This document shows, one piece after another, positions 29,437 through 40,020 of a DNA stretch of 64,000 nucleotides (position 1 is its first letter; each line of letters starts with the position of its first letter). The DNA lies in contig CAWFGB010000012.1 of the NCBI GenBank assembly GCA_963815285.1, positions 194,777 through 258,776 on the forward strand, given 5' to 3'. The position numbers and the translations under genes are program-made. The notes beneath the pieces were generated by a model. That model made no database searches and was not told where the DNA came from. It worked only from the letters and a program-made list of their open reading frames with translations. This stretch comes from an uncultured Acidobacteriota bacterium (GTDB lineage: Bacteria > Acidobacteriota > Vicinamibacteria > Vicinamibacterales > UBA2999).

Positions 29437-30699
29437 ATGGATATTCAGCGACCGGCATCCGTGGCGCGGCAGAAGAAAATGCGCCGAATCATGTTCGCCG
29501 TGGTCGGCGTTCTCGTCATCGGCGTCGTCTCGGTCGTCCTCGCCCGGCTCAAGCCGGCGGCGCCCACGGTGGAGCAAGCCACGGTCTGGGTGGACAGCGT
29601 CAAGCGTGGCGACATGAACCGCAACGTGCGCGGTCTGGGCACGCTGATGCCCCTCGACGAAGCGCGGCGTCTGATTCCGGCGGTCACCCAGGGGCGCGTC
29701 GAGCGCATTTTGATCCGCCCTGGTGTCGAGGTCACGCCTGATACGGTGATCCTGGAACTGAGCGAGCCCACCGTGCAGCAGGCACTCGCCGACGCCGAGC
29801 AGCAAATGCGCGGCGCCGAAGCGGACTACACCAGCCTGGAGGCGCGGCTCGAAAGCGATCGACTGACTCAGCGCTCAGCCGCGGCGGCCATCTCGGCGGA
29901 TTATCGCGCGGCGCAACTGCAGAAGGAGGTCGACGAAAACCTCGCGAAAGACGGCCTTGTCTCGGCGCTCCAGCTCAAGACCTCGACGGTGCGCGCCGAA
30001 TCGCTCGCTGAGCGTAATACCATCGCCCTGGAGAACATCAAGATCGCGGAGAACAACGTCAAGGCACAGCTGATGGCGCAGCAGGCGCGTGTCGATCAGC
30101 TGCGTTCGCAGGTCATCCTGCGCCGCCAGCAGGTCGAACAGCTCCGCGTGCGGGCCGGGATGAACGGCGTACTCGAACAGGTTGCGGTCAACGTTGGACA
30201 GCAGGTCTCGCCTGGCGCCAATCTCGCCCGCGTCGCCGACCCGACGCGCCTCAAGGCCGAACTGCGGATTGCAGAAACGCAAGCGCGGGATCTGACCATC
30301 GGGCAGAAGGCGGAGATTGACACGCGCAACGGCATCATCCAGGGCCGTGTGATGCGGATTGACCCGGCCGCCCAACAGGGCACCGTCACCGTAGACGTCG
30401 AACTCCTGGGAGAATTGCCGCGCGGCGCCCGTCCTGACCTGAGCGTCGACGGGACGATCGAACTCGAGCGGCTCACCAACGTCTTGTATGTAGGACGCCC
30501 CGCGTTTGGCCAGGAGCAGAGTTCGGTCGGGCTCTTCAAGGTGGACGCCACCACCGGCGAAGCCGAGCGGGTCACGGTGCAGCTCGGTCGCAGTGCGGTC
30601 AACACCATCGAGGTGATCAAGGGGTTGTCGGAAGGCGATCGCGTAGTGCTGTCGGACATGTCAGCCTGGGATCAGTTCGAACGAATTCGTTTGCGATAA
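29437..30699 (+). CDS. Efflux transporter periplasmic adaptor subunit (HlyD/MacA family)
   Basis: N-terminal TM anchor, a long coiled-coil region (...AEADYTSLEARLESDRL...QARVDQLRSQV...) and beta-barrel/lipoyl-like flanks. It lies directly upstream of MacB-type ABC genes. Confidence 0.85.
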   Translation: MDIQRPASVARQKKMRRIMFAVVGVLVIGVVSVVLARLKPAAPTVEQATVWVDSVKRGDMNRNVRGLGTLMPLDEARRLIPAVTQGRVERILIRPGVEVTPDTVILELSEPTVQQALADAEQQMRGAEADYTSLEARLESDRLTQRSAAAAISADYRAAQLQKEVDENLAKDGLVSALQLKTSTVRAESLAERNTIALENIKIAENNVKAQLMAQQARVDQLRSQVILRRQQVEQLRVRAGMNGVLEQVAVNVGQQVSPGANLARVADPTRLKAELRIAETQARDLTIGQKAEIDTRNGIIQGRVMRIDPAAQQGTVTVDVELLGELPRGARPDLSVDGTIELERLTNVLYVGRPAFGQEQSSVGLFKVDATTGEAERVTVQLGRSAVNTIEVIKGLSEGDRVVLSDMSAWDQFERIRLR

Positions 30700-30709
30700 A
30701 GGAGTCACG

Positions 30710-31411
30710 ATGAACGCTTCAGCGCCGCCGCTCATTCGGCTTGACGGCATCAAGAAGGTTTTCTACACGGACGAAGTAGAGACCCACGCCCTCGCGGGCA
30801 TCCATCTCGAGATCCAGCAGGGTGAATATGTCGCCATCGCAGGGCCGTCAGGCTGCGGCAAGTCCACGCTGCTGGCTATTTTGGGGCTGCTCGATACGCC
30901 GACTGAAGGCGCTTACACGCTGAACGGCAACCAGGTGGCCAATCTGTCGCTGTCCGAGCGCGCTCGGGTCCGCAACCGCGAGATCGGCTTCATCTTCCAG
31001 AGCTTCAACCTGATCGGCGACCTGACGGTCTTCGAGAATGTCGAGCTCCCGCTCATCTACCGGGGTATGAAGTCGGCCGAGCGGCGCGAACGCGCCAACG
31101 CCGCGCTCGAGCGCGTCGGCATGGCGCATCGCTCCAAGCACCTGCCTTCGCAGCTTTCCGGCGGTCAGCAGCAGCGCGTCGCCGTCGCGCGCGCCGTCGG
31201 CGGCCAGCCGTCGATCCTGCTGGCGGACGAGCCGACCGGTAACCTCGACTCCAAGAACGGCGAAGCGGTGATGGACCTGCTGCGCGAACTGCATCGCGGC
31301 GGCGCCACCATCTGCATGGTCACACATGACCCACGGTATGCAGCGCACGCCGACCGTAGCGTGCACCTCTTCGACGGCCGCATTGTCGAAGAAAGCGTTG
31401 CAGCGATCTAG
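30710..31411 (+). CDS. ABC transporter ATP-binding protein (MacB/LolD-type NBD)
   Basis: Walker A GPSGCGKST, signature LSGGQQQRVAVARA, Walker [13 protein letters not shown]. Confidence 0.9.
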   Translation: MNASAPPLIRLDGIKKVFYTDEVETHALAGIHLEIQQGEYVAIAGPSGCGKSTLLAILGLLDTPTEGAYTLNGNQVANLSLSERARVRNREIGFIFQSFNLIGDLTVFENVELPLIYRGMKSAERRERANAALERVGMAHRSKHLPSQLSGGQQQRVAVARAVGGQPSILLADEPTGNLDSKNGEAVMDLLRELHRGGATICMVTHDPRYAAHADRSVHLFDGRIVEESVAAI

Positions 31412-31417
31412 CGGCTG

Positions 31418-33829
31418 ATGAGCGCGTTGGGCCAGGACGTTCGCTACGCGCTCAGATCGCTGGGGCGAGCGCCGGGCTTCACGCTCGTTACCCTGCTCAC
31501 GCTTGCGCTCGGGATCGGAGGAACGACAGCGATCTTCTCGGTCGTCGACGGCATTCTCCTGCGTCCTCTCCCCTATCCCCAACCCGACGCCATCGTCAGC
31601 GTGGCGCAGGTGAGTAGGACGTCGCGCGCGGCCGGCGCCTTTGCCGCCGCGGACTTCATCGACTACAAGCGAGACACGCGCAGCTTTGCCGCGCTGGCCG
31701 GATTCCGTCAAGACATCATCGACATGACCGGCGGCACCGAGCCGATCCGGCTGACGACGCTTGAAACGACCGCGGAGTTTTTCGACGTGCTCGGGGTCCC
31801 ACCGGTGATGGGCCGCGTGTATTCAGAGAGCGATCGCACGAGCGGGTCGCGCCTCACCGTCATCGGCGAACGCACGTGGCGCCAGCATCTGGGCTCGGAC
31901 CCTCAGGTCATCGGACGCACTCTGCGCCTGAACGCCGTGCCCCATACCGTCATCGGTGTCATGCCCGAGCGGCTGGTGCATCCGCAGAAGGTGGACATGT
32001 GGACGCTTGCCGCGCACGAGGTGCCGTCCTCACCGATTCCCATCCAAGGTGACATGCTCGCCTCGCGCGAAGTGCATTACTTCCAGGTAATCGGACGGCT
32101 TGGTTCCGGAGTGACCATCGATCAGGCCAATGCTGATCTTCGCGGCATCGGCGATCGCCTGGGCCGCGACTTCCCCGACACCAATGACGGGGAATGGGCC
32201 GAAGCGACTGCCTTTCACGAGTTGCTGGTCGGCGACATCCGCGGCGCGCTGCTGATGCTGCTCGGTGCGGTCGGGTTCGTGCTGCTGATCGCGTGCGCCA
32301 ATGTTGCAAGCCTGCTGCTGGCGCGGGGCACCGCACGTCGGCGCGAACTGGCGCTTCGCAGCGCGCTCGGCGCTCGCCGTGGTCGCCTCATCCGCCAGCT
32401 CCTGACCGAAAGCGTGTTGCTCGCGGGCATCGGCGGCGCCCTGGGGCTGTTTGTCGCCTATTGGGGGGTTCAGGCGCTGATCGCAATGGCGCCGGAGTCG
32501 ATTCCACGGCTCGCCGATGTGCAAGTGGATCCGCGCGTTGCCGCGTTCGCGATTGCCGCCTCCGCTATCGTGGGTGTGCTGTTTGGCATCGTCCCTGCGC
32601 TGCAAGGTGCGCGACCCCAGGTGGTCGAGGCGCTGAAGGATGGCGGGCGCACGGGCACGGCGCGCGCCGGCGCGCAGAAGACCCTGGTCGTCGCCGAAGT
32701 CGCACTCGCGCTGGTGCTGCTGATCGGAGCGGGGCTGACGATTACCAGCTTTTCGCGCCTCCGCGCCGTGGACGTCGGCTTCAACACGAGCAATCTGGTC
32801 GTCGTCTTCGTGCCGCTGCCGCAAGCGCGTTACAACTCCGAGGCCCAATCGCAGTTCTACGCACAGCTGCTCGAGCGCCTGCGCACCAATCCAGTCACCG
32901 AGCGTTCCGCGCTGGTCTTCCCTACACCGTTTGGCGGCGGCAACGCCCGCGGGAGCTACAGCGTCGAGGGGGCGCCCGAACAGCCGCGGTCCGACCGACC
33001 GACGGTGCAGATCAATTCGATCACGCCCGGCTACTTCCAGACGATGGGCATACCGTTGTTGAAAGGACGCGATGTCGAGCTGACTGATACCCGCGACCGG
33101 CCGGGCGTGATCGTGATCAACCAGACGCTCGCCGAGCGCGAATGGCCGAATCAGGATCCGGTTGGCAAGCGCCTGAGCATCGGCGGCGGCATGCTGACCG
33201 TCATCGGTGTCGTCGGCGATTCGAAGCGGAGCGATCTGGAAGGTGCCCAGCAGGCGGCGGTCTACATGTCGCACGCAGCGTTCACGCTGCCGCTCATGGG
33301 GGCGATCGTCCGGAGCGATCTGAGCGAAGGCACGATCACGAGCGCCGTGCGCGAGGCGGTGCGGTCGCTCGATCCGGAGTTGCCGGTCGACAACTCGGAT
33401 ACCGTCGAGACCATCCTGGAGCGCACTACGGGGCAACCCCGCTTTCGCGCCCTGCTGGTGACCGCCTTTGCTGCGACGGCGCTGTTGCTGGCCGCGGTCG
33501 GGCTCTATGGCCTCATCAGCTACACCGTGGCGCAACGCGTGCCGGAGATCGGCGTGCGTCTGGCCCTCGGCGCCACGCCGGCGCAGGTCGGCGGGCTCAT
33601 CGTGCGGCAGGGGCTGAGCCTCGCCTTGGCCGGCGTCGCACTCGGCATCGTCGGCGCTCTCGGGGCAGCCCGGGTGATTGAGGGGCTGCTCTACTCCGTG
33701 AGCGCGACGGATCCGATGGTCTACTCCGCACTCGCGGCCCTGCTGCTGTCGATCGCGGCGCTGGCCTGCTACGTGCCCGCTCGCCGCGCGATGCGCGTCG
33801 ATCCCATGGCCGCACTGCGTGCGGACTGA
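31418..33829 (+). CDS. ADOP-family duplicated FtsX/MacB-type ABC permease
   Basis: 803 aa. The N-terminus DVRYALRSLGRAPGFTLVTLLTLALGIGGTTAIFSVVDGILLRPLPYP is the characteristic start of 'acidobacterial duplicated orphan permease' proteins. It has two FtsX-type 4-TM modules. Confidence 0.85.
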   Translation: MSALGQDVRYALRSLGRAPGFTLVTLLTLALGIGGTTAIFSVVDGILLRPLPYPQPDAIVSVAQVSRTSRAAGAFAAADFIDYKRDTRSFAALAGFRQDIIDMTGGTEPIRLTTLETTAEFFDVLGVPPVMGRVYSESDRTSGSRLTVIGERTWRQHLGSDPQVIGRTLRLNAVPHTVIGVMPERLVHPQKVDMWTLAAHEVPSSPIPIQGDMLASREVHYFQVIGRLGSGVTIDQANADLRGIGDRLGRDFPDTNDGEWAEATAFHELLVGDIRGALLMLLGAVGFVLLIACANVASLLLARGTARRRELALRSALGARRGRLIRQLLTESVLLAGIGGALGLFVAYWGVQALIAMAPESIPRLADVQVDPRVAAFAIAASAIVGVLFGIVPALQGARPQVVEALKDGGRTGTARAGAQKTLVVAEVALALVLLIGAGLTITSFSRLRAVDVGFNTSNLVVVFVPLPQARYNSEAQSQFYAQLLERLRTNPVTERSALVFPTPFGGGNARGSYSVEGAPEQPRSDRPTVQINSITPGYFQTMGIPLLKGRDVELTDTRDRPGVIVINQTLAEREWPNQDPVGKRLSIGGGMLTVIGVVGDSKRSDLEGAQQAAVYMSHAAFTLPLMGAIVRSDLSEGTITSAVREAVRSLDPELPVDNSDTVETILERTTGQPRFRALLVTAFAATALLLAAVGLYGLISYTVAQRVPEIGVRLALGATPAQVGGLIVRQGLSLALAGVALGIVGALGAARVIEGLLYSVSATDPMVYSALAALLLSIAALACYVPARRAMRVDPMAALRAD

Positions 33830-33972
33830 TCAGAACTCTGTCACCGACCTGGTTCGAAAAAAGGTCATGTTCGGAGAACCCTGTCGAACAACTCTGTGAA
33901 CCGCGTGGACGGAACGCCGTGGGGAACCCCCTCTGCGAACCTAGTGATCCCCGCTACAATTCGTCTATCACC

Positions 33973-34638
33973 ATGATCAAGTTACGAAGCATCGAGAAGA
34001 GTTACCGCCACGGATTGTCCCAGACCTTCGTGCTGCGCCGCATCAACGTGGACCTTCAGCAGGGCGAGTTCGTGTCGATCATGGGTCCCTCGGGCGCAGG
34101 CAAGAGCACCCTCCTCCACATCATGGGCATGCACGACAGCGCGTGGACCGGGGAGTACTGGTTGTTCGACGAGCCGGTGCACCAGCTCTCAGCGAAGGAT
34201 CGCATGCGGCTGCAGAAGCAGCACGTCGGCTTCGTGTTCCAGAGCTATCACTTGCTCGACAATCTGACCGTCTACGAGAACATCGATCTGCCGCTGTCGT
34301 ACCGCGACGTGAAGAAGTCGGAGCGCCAGGGCATGGTGGCCGACATCCTCGACCGCTTCAACATCGTCGGCAAGAAGGACCTCTACCCTAATCAGCTGTC
34401 GGGTGGACAGCAGCAGCTCGTCGCCATCGCGCGCGCCGTGGTGGCCAAGCCTAACCTGATCCTCGCCGATGAGCCGACCGGAAACCTTCATTCGGATCAG
34501 GGCCGCGAAATCATGGAATTGTTCAAGCGCCTGAACGATGCTGGCACTACGATCATTCAGGTGACTCACTCCGAGGTAAACGCGGCGTACGGGCAGCGCA
34601 TCATCAAGCTCAAGGATGGGTGGGTGGTCGAAGAATAG
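33973..34638 (+). CDS. Second MacB/LolD-type ABC ATP-binding protein, no adjacent permease of its own
   Basis: Walker [10 protein letters not shown], signature [14 protein letters not shown], Walker [12 protein letters not shown]. The start was set to the ATG at 33973 ([11 protein letters not shown]). The stop is 2 nt before the next gene's ATG. Confidence 0.85.
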   Translation: MIKLRSIEKSYRHGLSQTFVLRRINVDLQQGEFVSIMGPSGAGKSTLLHIMGMHDSAWTGEYWLFDEPVHQLSAKDRMRLQKQHVGFVFQSYHLLDNLTVYENIDLPLSYRDVKKSERQGMVADILDRFNIVGKKDLYPNQLSGGQQQLVAIARAVVAKPNLILADEPTGNLHSDQGREIMELFKRLNDAGTTIIQVTHSEVNAAYGQRIIKLKDGWVVEE

Positions 34639-34640
34639 CC

Positions 34641-36035
<1,395 letters not shown>

Positions 36036-36041
36036 CCCACC

Positions 36042-37358
36042 GTGCGGCGACTGACCCACGACACACAGGTATTTTTGCTGGCGCTGGCGGCCGGGCTGCC
36101 CGGCGCCGCGACGTCGATGATCATCTTGTGGACCGGCGACTACACGCCGAAGGCCCAGTGGACGCTGACTGTGCTCATCGTCGGGTGCCTGCTCGGATTT
36201 GCCGCGTCGATCCGCAGCCGGGTCGTGCTGCCGCTGCAGACGGTCGCCAACCTGCTGGCGGCCATGCGGGAGGACGACTTCTCCATTCGCGGACGAACCG
36301 CGGATCCGGAGGATCCGCTCGGCGCCGTGCTCATCGAGATCAACGAACTGGCCGCGACGTTACACGAGCAGCGCCTGGGCGCCGTCGAGGCCACGGCGCT
36401 GCTGCGCACGGTGATGGAGCAGGTCGACGTCGCGTTGTTTGCCTTCGATCCGGGCGAGCGGCTGCGCATCGTGAACCGCACCGGCGAGCGGTTGATCGGC
36501 CGCAGCATGGAACAACTCCTCGGGCGCACGGCGGAGGAACTCAACGTCACCGACTGGTTCGGCGATGTCCCGCGTGTGGTCGATCTGTCTCTGCCCGGCG
36601 GCAACGTGGGACGCTGGGAAGTGCGCCGGACCACCTTCCGGCTCGGCGGGCTCCCTCACGATCTGCTCGTGCTGTCCGATGTCAGCCGTCCGCTGCGCGA
36701 GCAGGAACGCCAGGCGTGGCAGCGGTTGATTCGTGTCATCGGACACGAGCTTGGCAATTCGCTTGGCCCGATCAAGTCCATTGCCGGCAGCCTCGAGACG
36801 CTGCTGCAGCGCAATCCGCCTCCCGAAGATTGGCGTGACGACATGACGCGCGGCCTGCAAGTCATTGCGTCGCGCAGCGAATCGCTCAGTCGCTTTACCG
36901 CCGCGTACGCGAGGCTCGCACGCTTGCCGGCGCCCAAGCTCGCCCCCGTGGTGCTCAAGCCGCTGCTCGTCAAGATTGCCGATCTCGAAAGCCGCGTGCC
37001 GGTAGCGGTGCGCCCGGGCCCTGACCTCACCGTGGAGGTCGATACCGATCAGATCGAGCAGCTGTTGATCAACCTGATTCGCAACGCCGCCGACGCGTGT
37101 CTCGAAGTGGGCGGCGGGTCGGTCACGATCGGCTGGCGTCGCACACGTCATGGCACCGACATCTGGGTAGACGATGAGGGGCCGGGCTTGTCGAACACCA
37201 CCAACCTGTTCGTGCCCTTCTTCACGACCAAGCCAGGCGGGTCGGGCATCGGCTTGGTGCTCTGCCGGCAGATTGCTGAAGCGCACGACGGATCGCTGAA
37301 GCTCGAAAACAAGCCCGAAGGACGTGGCGCGCGCGCCACACTGACGCTTCCGCTGTAG
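36042..37358 (+). CDS. Sensor histidine kinase (2 TM with about 9-residue outer loop, HAMP, PAS, HisKA, HATPase_c)
   Basis: TM1 VFLLALAAGLPGAATSMIILW, loop TGDYTPKAQ, TM2 WTLTVLIVGCLLGFAASI. H-box VIGHELGNSLGPI, and the ATPase G-boxes DDEGPGL and GGSGIGL. GTG start 6 nt after the regulator's stop. Confidence 0.85.
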   Translation: MRRLTHDTQVFLLALAAGLPGAATSMIILWTGDYTPKAQWTLTVLIVGCLLGFAASIRSRVVLPLQTVANLLAAMREDDFSIRGRTADPEDPLGAVLIEINELAATLHEQRLGAVEATALLRTVMEQVDVALFAFDPGERLRIVNRTGERLIGRSMEQLLGRTAEELNVTDWFGDVPRVVDLSLPGGNVGRWEVRRTTFRLGGLPHDLLVLSDVSRPLREQERQAWQRLIRVIGHELGNSLGPIKSIAGSLETLLQRNPPPEDWRDDMTRGLQVIASRSESLSRFTAAYARLARLPAPKLAPVVLKPLLVKIADLESRVPVAVRPGPDLTVEVDTDQIEQLLINLIRNAADACLEVGGGSVTIGWRRTRHGTDIWVDDEGPGLSNTTNLFVPFFTTKPGGSGIGLVLCRQIAEAHDGSLKLENKPEGRGARATLTLPL

Positions 37359-37494
37359 CGCTCGGTTTTTCAGCTGGTGGAGGCTCAGCCAGAGCTCCCA
37401 GCTAAGACTTTTCGGCTCTCGGCGTCACGAGCTACAGCCCCCCTCAAGCACCTCCGTTGATCGTCCGATATGGCGGCTGCAGCTCAGCGCACAC

Positions 37495-38904
37495 ATGACG
37501 CCTCCATCATCGCCACCGGCATGGATTTGTCCCTCCTGCGAGCGACACCTGCCGGGACGCGTCCGTCAATGTCGCTGCGGTTACGACTCTGGGGCCGTTA
37601 ACGAGTCGATTACCCCAACCGCCCCGAGCATCAAGCCGGGCTCCGCGAAGACGGCGCTGTGGCTCGGGATCGCGATGCTGGCATTCATCAGCGTTGTTAC
37701 CGCCCTTAACCTTCAGTCACAAGACGAGGCGATGACGCATCCCGCCGCCGCCGCCGCCGCCGAAACCCCGGCGTTGCCCGCCATCGGATCCGGAGCGAGC
37801 ATCCAGTCTCAACCCGTCCCGATGGGCGCTCGGGACTCGCCCGCTACACCACGTCTGGTGCCTCTCGAGCCCGTGTCGTTGCGAGAGGAACCTGCGGCGC
37901 CGGCGCCAGTGCCGGTCGAGCGCCCGACCCTGCGATCGATTGAGGAGATCGTCAGTCGAGCGGCGCCCGCGGTGGTGCTGATCCGCACCTCCAACTCCGC
38001 CGGCACGGGTTTCTTCGTCACACAGGATCTTCTGCTGACCAACGCCCACGTCGTGGATGGCCAGTCGTTCGTAGAAGTGCGCTTGGCGAGCGGCGAAGCC
38101 ATCCAGGGCCGCGTCGAACGCACGTCACCGGACCTCGACCTTGCCGTCGTGCGCGCCACGGCGCGGCCGGGGAGCAACCAGATTCTCCAGCTCGGTTCGG
38201 CCAGCCCGATCCTGCCCGGCCAGGAGGTCCTCGCGATTGGATCCCCGCTCGGCCTGCAGAACACGGTCACGCGCGGGATTGTCAGCGCTGTGCGCAACAC
38301 GGGCGGCGTCGAGTTGATTCAAACCGATGCGGCCATCAATCCGGGCAACAGCGGCGGGCCGCTCCTCGATCGCGACGGACGCGTCATCGGTGTCACGACC
38401 CTCAAGGTGACGCGCGGCGCGGAGTCGCTCGGCTTCGCCGTCGCCATCTTTCACGCCGTACCCCTGATTGAGGGACGCGCCATGCCGACCGGACTCGGTA
38501 CCTCACACGCCCCATCGCTGCAAGCAGGACCCGGTGGCGCGAGTGAGACCGAGACGGCTCGACGCTCGGGGGCGGTCCGTTTCGAGCAGACACTGCAGCA
38601 GGCCGCGCAACGGGCGGAACAAATTGACGCGCAGTTCAAGCGATTCACGGGCAACTGCCTGGTCACACCCATCACGCACGACGGGCAGCGCGACTGGTTT
38701 GTGTACCGTGATCAGGCGCCTTTGTTCAAGACGCTCGATACGTGGTGCACATCGTTTGCGGGCGACCTGCAGGGATTCGCGCGCCAGTTCAGCACGTTCA
38801 TGGCAGAAGCGAGCGAGCAGGCACGGCGGGCCGGGGTATATCCGGGCACGCTGCGGGACACGCGCCGCAAATACCGGCTGGATTGGACGGGGTGGGATCG
38901 TTGA
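37495..38904 (+). CDS. Membrane-anchored trypsin-like (S1C/HtrA-like) serine protease with N-terminal zinc-ribbon and uncharacterised C-terminal domain
   Basis: N-terminus WICPSCERHL...CRCG (4-Cys ribbon) and a TM segment (ALWLGIAMLAFISVVTALNL). The protease core has GTGFFVTQDLLLTNAHVV and TDAAINPGNSGGPLL. No PDZ-like region is recognisable in the last roughly 120 aa. Confidence 0.8.
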   Translation: MTPPSSPPAWICPSCERHLPGRVRQCRCGYDSGAVNESITPTAPSIKPGSAKTALWLGIAMLAFISVVTALNLQSQDEAMTHPAAAAAAETPALPAIGSGASIQSQPVPMGARDSPATPRLVPLEPVSLREEPAAPAPVPVERPTLRSIEEIVSRAAPAVVLIRTSNSAGTGFFVTQDLLLTNAHVVDGQSFVEVRLASGEAIQGRVERTSPDLDLAVVRATARPGSNQILQLGSASPILPGQEVLAIGSPLGLQNTVTRGIVSAVRNTGGVELIQTDAAINPGNSGGPLLDRDGRVIGVTTLKVTRGAESLGFAVAIFHAVPLIEGRAMPTGLGTSHAPSLQAGPGGASETETARRSGAVRFEQTLQQAAQRAEQIDAQFKRFTGNCLVTPITHDGQRDWFVYRDQAPLFKTLDTWCTSFAGDLQGFARQFSTFMAEASEQARRAGVYPGTLRDTRRKYRLDWTGWDR

Positions 38905-38906
38905 TC

Positions 38907-38942
38907 GGGTGCGGCTGGGTGCGGCTGGGTGCGGTCGGGTGC
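38907..38942. repeat. 10-bp tandem repeat GGGTGCGGCT (about 3.5 copies); also a G3N7G3N7G3N7G3 motif
   Basis: GGGTGCGGCT GGGTGCGGCT GGGTGCGGTC GGGTGC. It occupies essentially the whole 39-bp convergent gap between the protease stop (38904) and the sua5 stop (38944). Confidence 0.9.
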
Positions 38943-38943
38943 T

Positions 38944-40020
38944 TTATGGGCGGACGACGCGGCCCTCGGCGGCTCTCGTGAGGCGATCGAGAATCGCCGC
39001 ATTGATGCCCTCTCCTTCCGGCGCCGACGCGAAGATGACGTCTACGGCTTCGGCGTCGAGTGCGCGTAACGCCCGGAATAGATCGCGCGCGGTCTCCTCC
39101 CGATCGCGCCGGCTTCCGCACCGCATCGTCACCACTCTCCCGCTGCCGCCTACCGCCGCCACCCGGGGCGCGAGTGCGATCAGGTCTTCTTCCGGTGCGA
39201 GCACGCCGGCCCGCAGCCCGGACGCTGCGGCGCTGCGGATGTCGTTGCCCATCCGCTCCACCACCTGGCCCACGTCACCGACATACAACGTTAGGGTGGC
39301 GCGCGGCGCGTAGTGGCGCAACAACTGCCCTGGTGCGGGCTGTGCGCGTGCCTGGTTCAGGGCCTCTGAGACACTGCGCGCATCTGGCACGAGACGCCGG
39401 ATGTCTGCGAGAGCAACCCCGCCCGGCCTGCGCACGAGTGGCGGCGTCACGGTGAAATCGAGAATCGTCGATTCGACGCCGATCGGCGTGGCGCCGCCGT
39501 CGATGACGATGTCCACAACCCCATCCAGATCCGCGAGCACGTGCTCGGCACGTGTCGGGCTCGGATACCCGAATCGGTTGGCGCTGGGCGCCGCCACCGG
39601 CACGCCCGCCGCGGCAAGCAGCGCGCGGGCAATGGGATGTGACGGGACACGGATTGCGACGGTCGGGAGTCCGGCGGTCACCACGTCCGGCACGATCGAT
39701 TGCTTCTCGAGAATCAACGTGAGCGCCCCTGGCCAGAACGCCGCCGCCAGGTCGCGTGCAGCGGGCGGTACTACCTTCGCAATCTGCTCGACCTGATCGA
39801 CGCCGGCGAGATGCACGATCATCGGATCGGTCGGCGGACGGCCCTTGGCTTCGAAGATGCGCGCGACGGCCGCCGCGTTCAAGGCATGTGCGCCAAGCCC
39901 GTACACCGTTTCCGTCGGGAAGGCGACCAGCCCACCGGCGCGCACGACAGCCGCCACCTCGCGAATGCGCGCGAGATCCGGATGCTGCGGATCGATTACC
40001 ACCACGCGGGTCATGGCCAA
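38944..40020 (-). CDS. sua5: L-threonylcarbamoyladenylate synthase, long Sua5/YwlC type
   Basis: N-terminal YrdC domain (...GGLVAFPTETVYGLGA...SANRFG..PSPT...) plus a C-terminal Sua5 domain, 358 aa. Confidence 0.9.
   Translation of the reverse strand: MAMTRVVVIDPQHPDLARIREVAAVVRAGGLVAFPTETVYGLGAHALNAAAVARIFEAKGRPPTDPMIVHLAGVDQVEQIAKVVPPAARDLAAAFWPGALTLILEKQSIVPDVVTAGLPTVAIRVPSHPIARALLAAAGVPVAAPSANRFGYPSPTRAEHVLADLDGVVDIVIDGGATPIGVESTILDFTVTPPLVRRPGGVALADIRRLVPDARSVSEALNQARAQPAPGQLLRHYAPRATLTLYVGDVGQVVERMGNDIRSAAASGLRAGVLAPEEDLIALAPRVAAVGGSGRVVTMRCGSRRDREETARDLFRALRALDAEAVDVIFASAPEGEGINAAILDRLTRAAEGRVVRP

Noticed and set aside
33923-33936. Sigma54-like GG-N10-GC element (GGGGAACCCCCTCTGC) before the second ATPase gene.
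   Set aside because: Only the GG and TGC core positions match, and the flanking consensus positions are poor. It is mentioned under the upstream-motif finding but not annotated as a promoter.
37370-37440. Degenerate CAGCT/GAGCTC-rich stretch after the kinase gene, considered as a separate tandem repeat or terminator.
   Set aside because: Only loose similarity to the 48260-48320 units (shared 7-mers GAGCTCC and GGCTCTC). There is no clean periodicity, and only a 6-bp potential stem. It is too weak for a feature call and is noted only as a possible eroded member of the repeat family.
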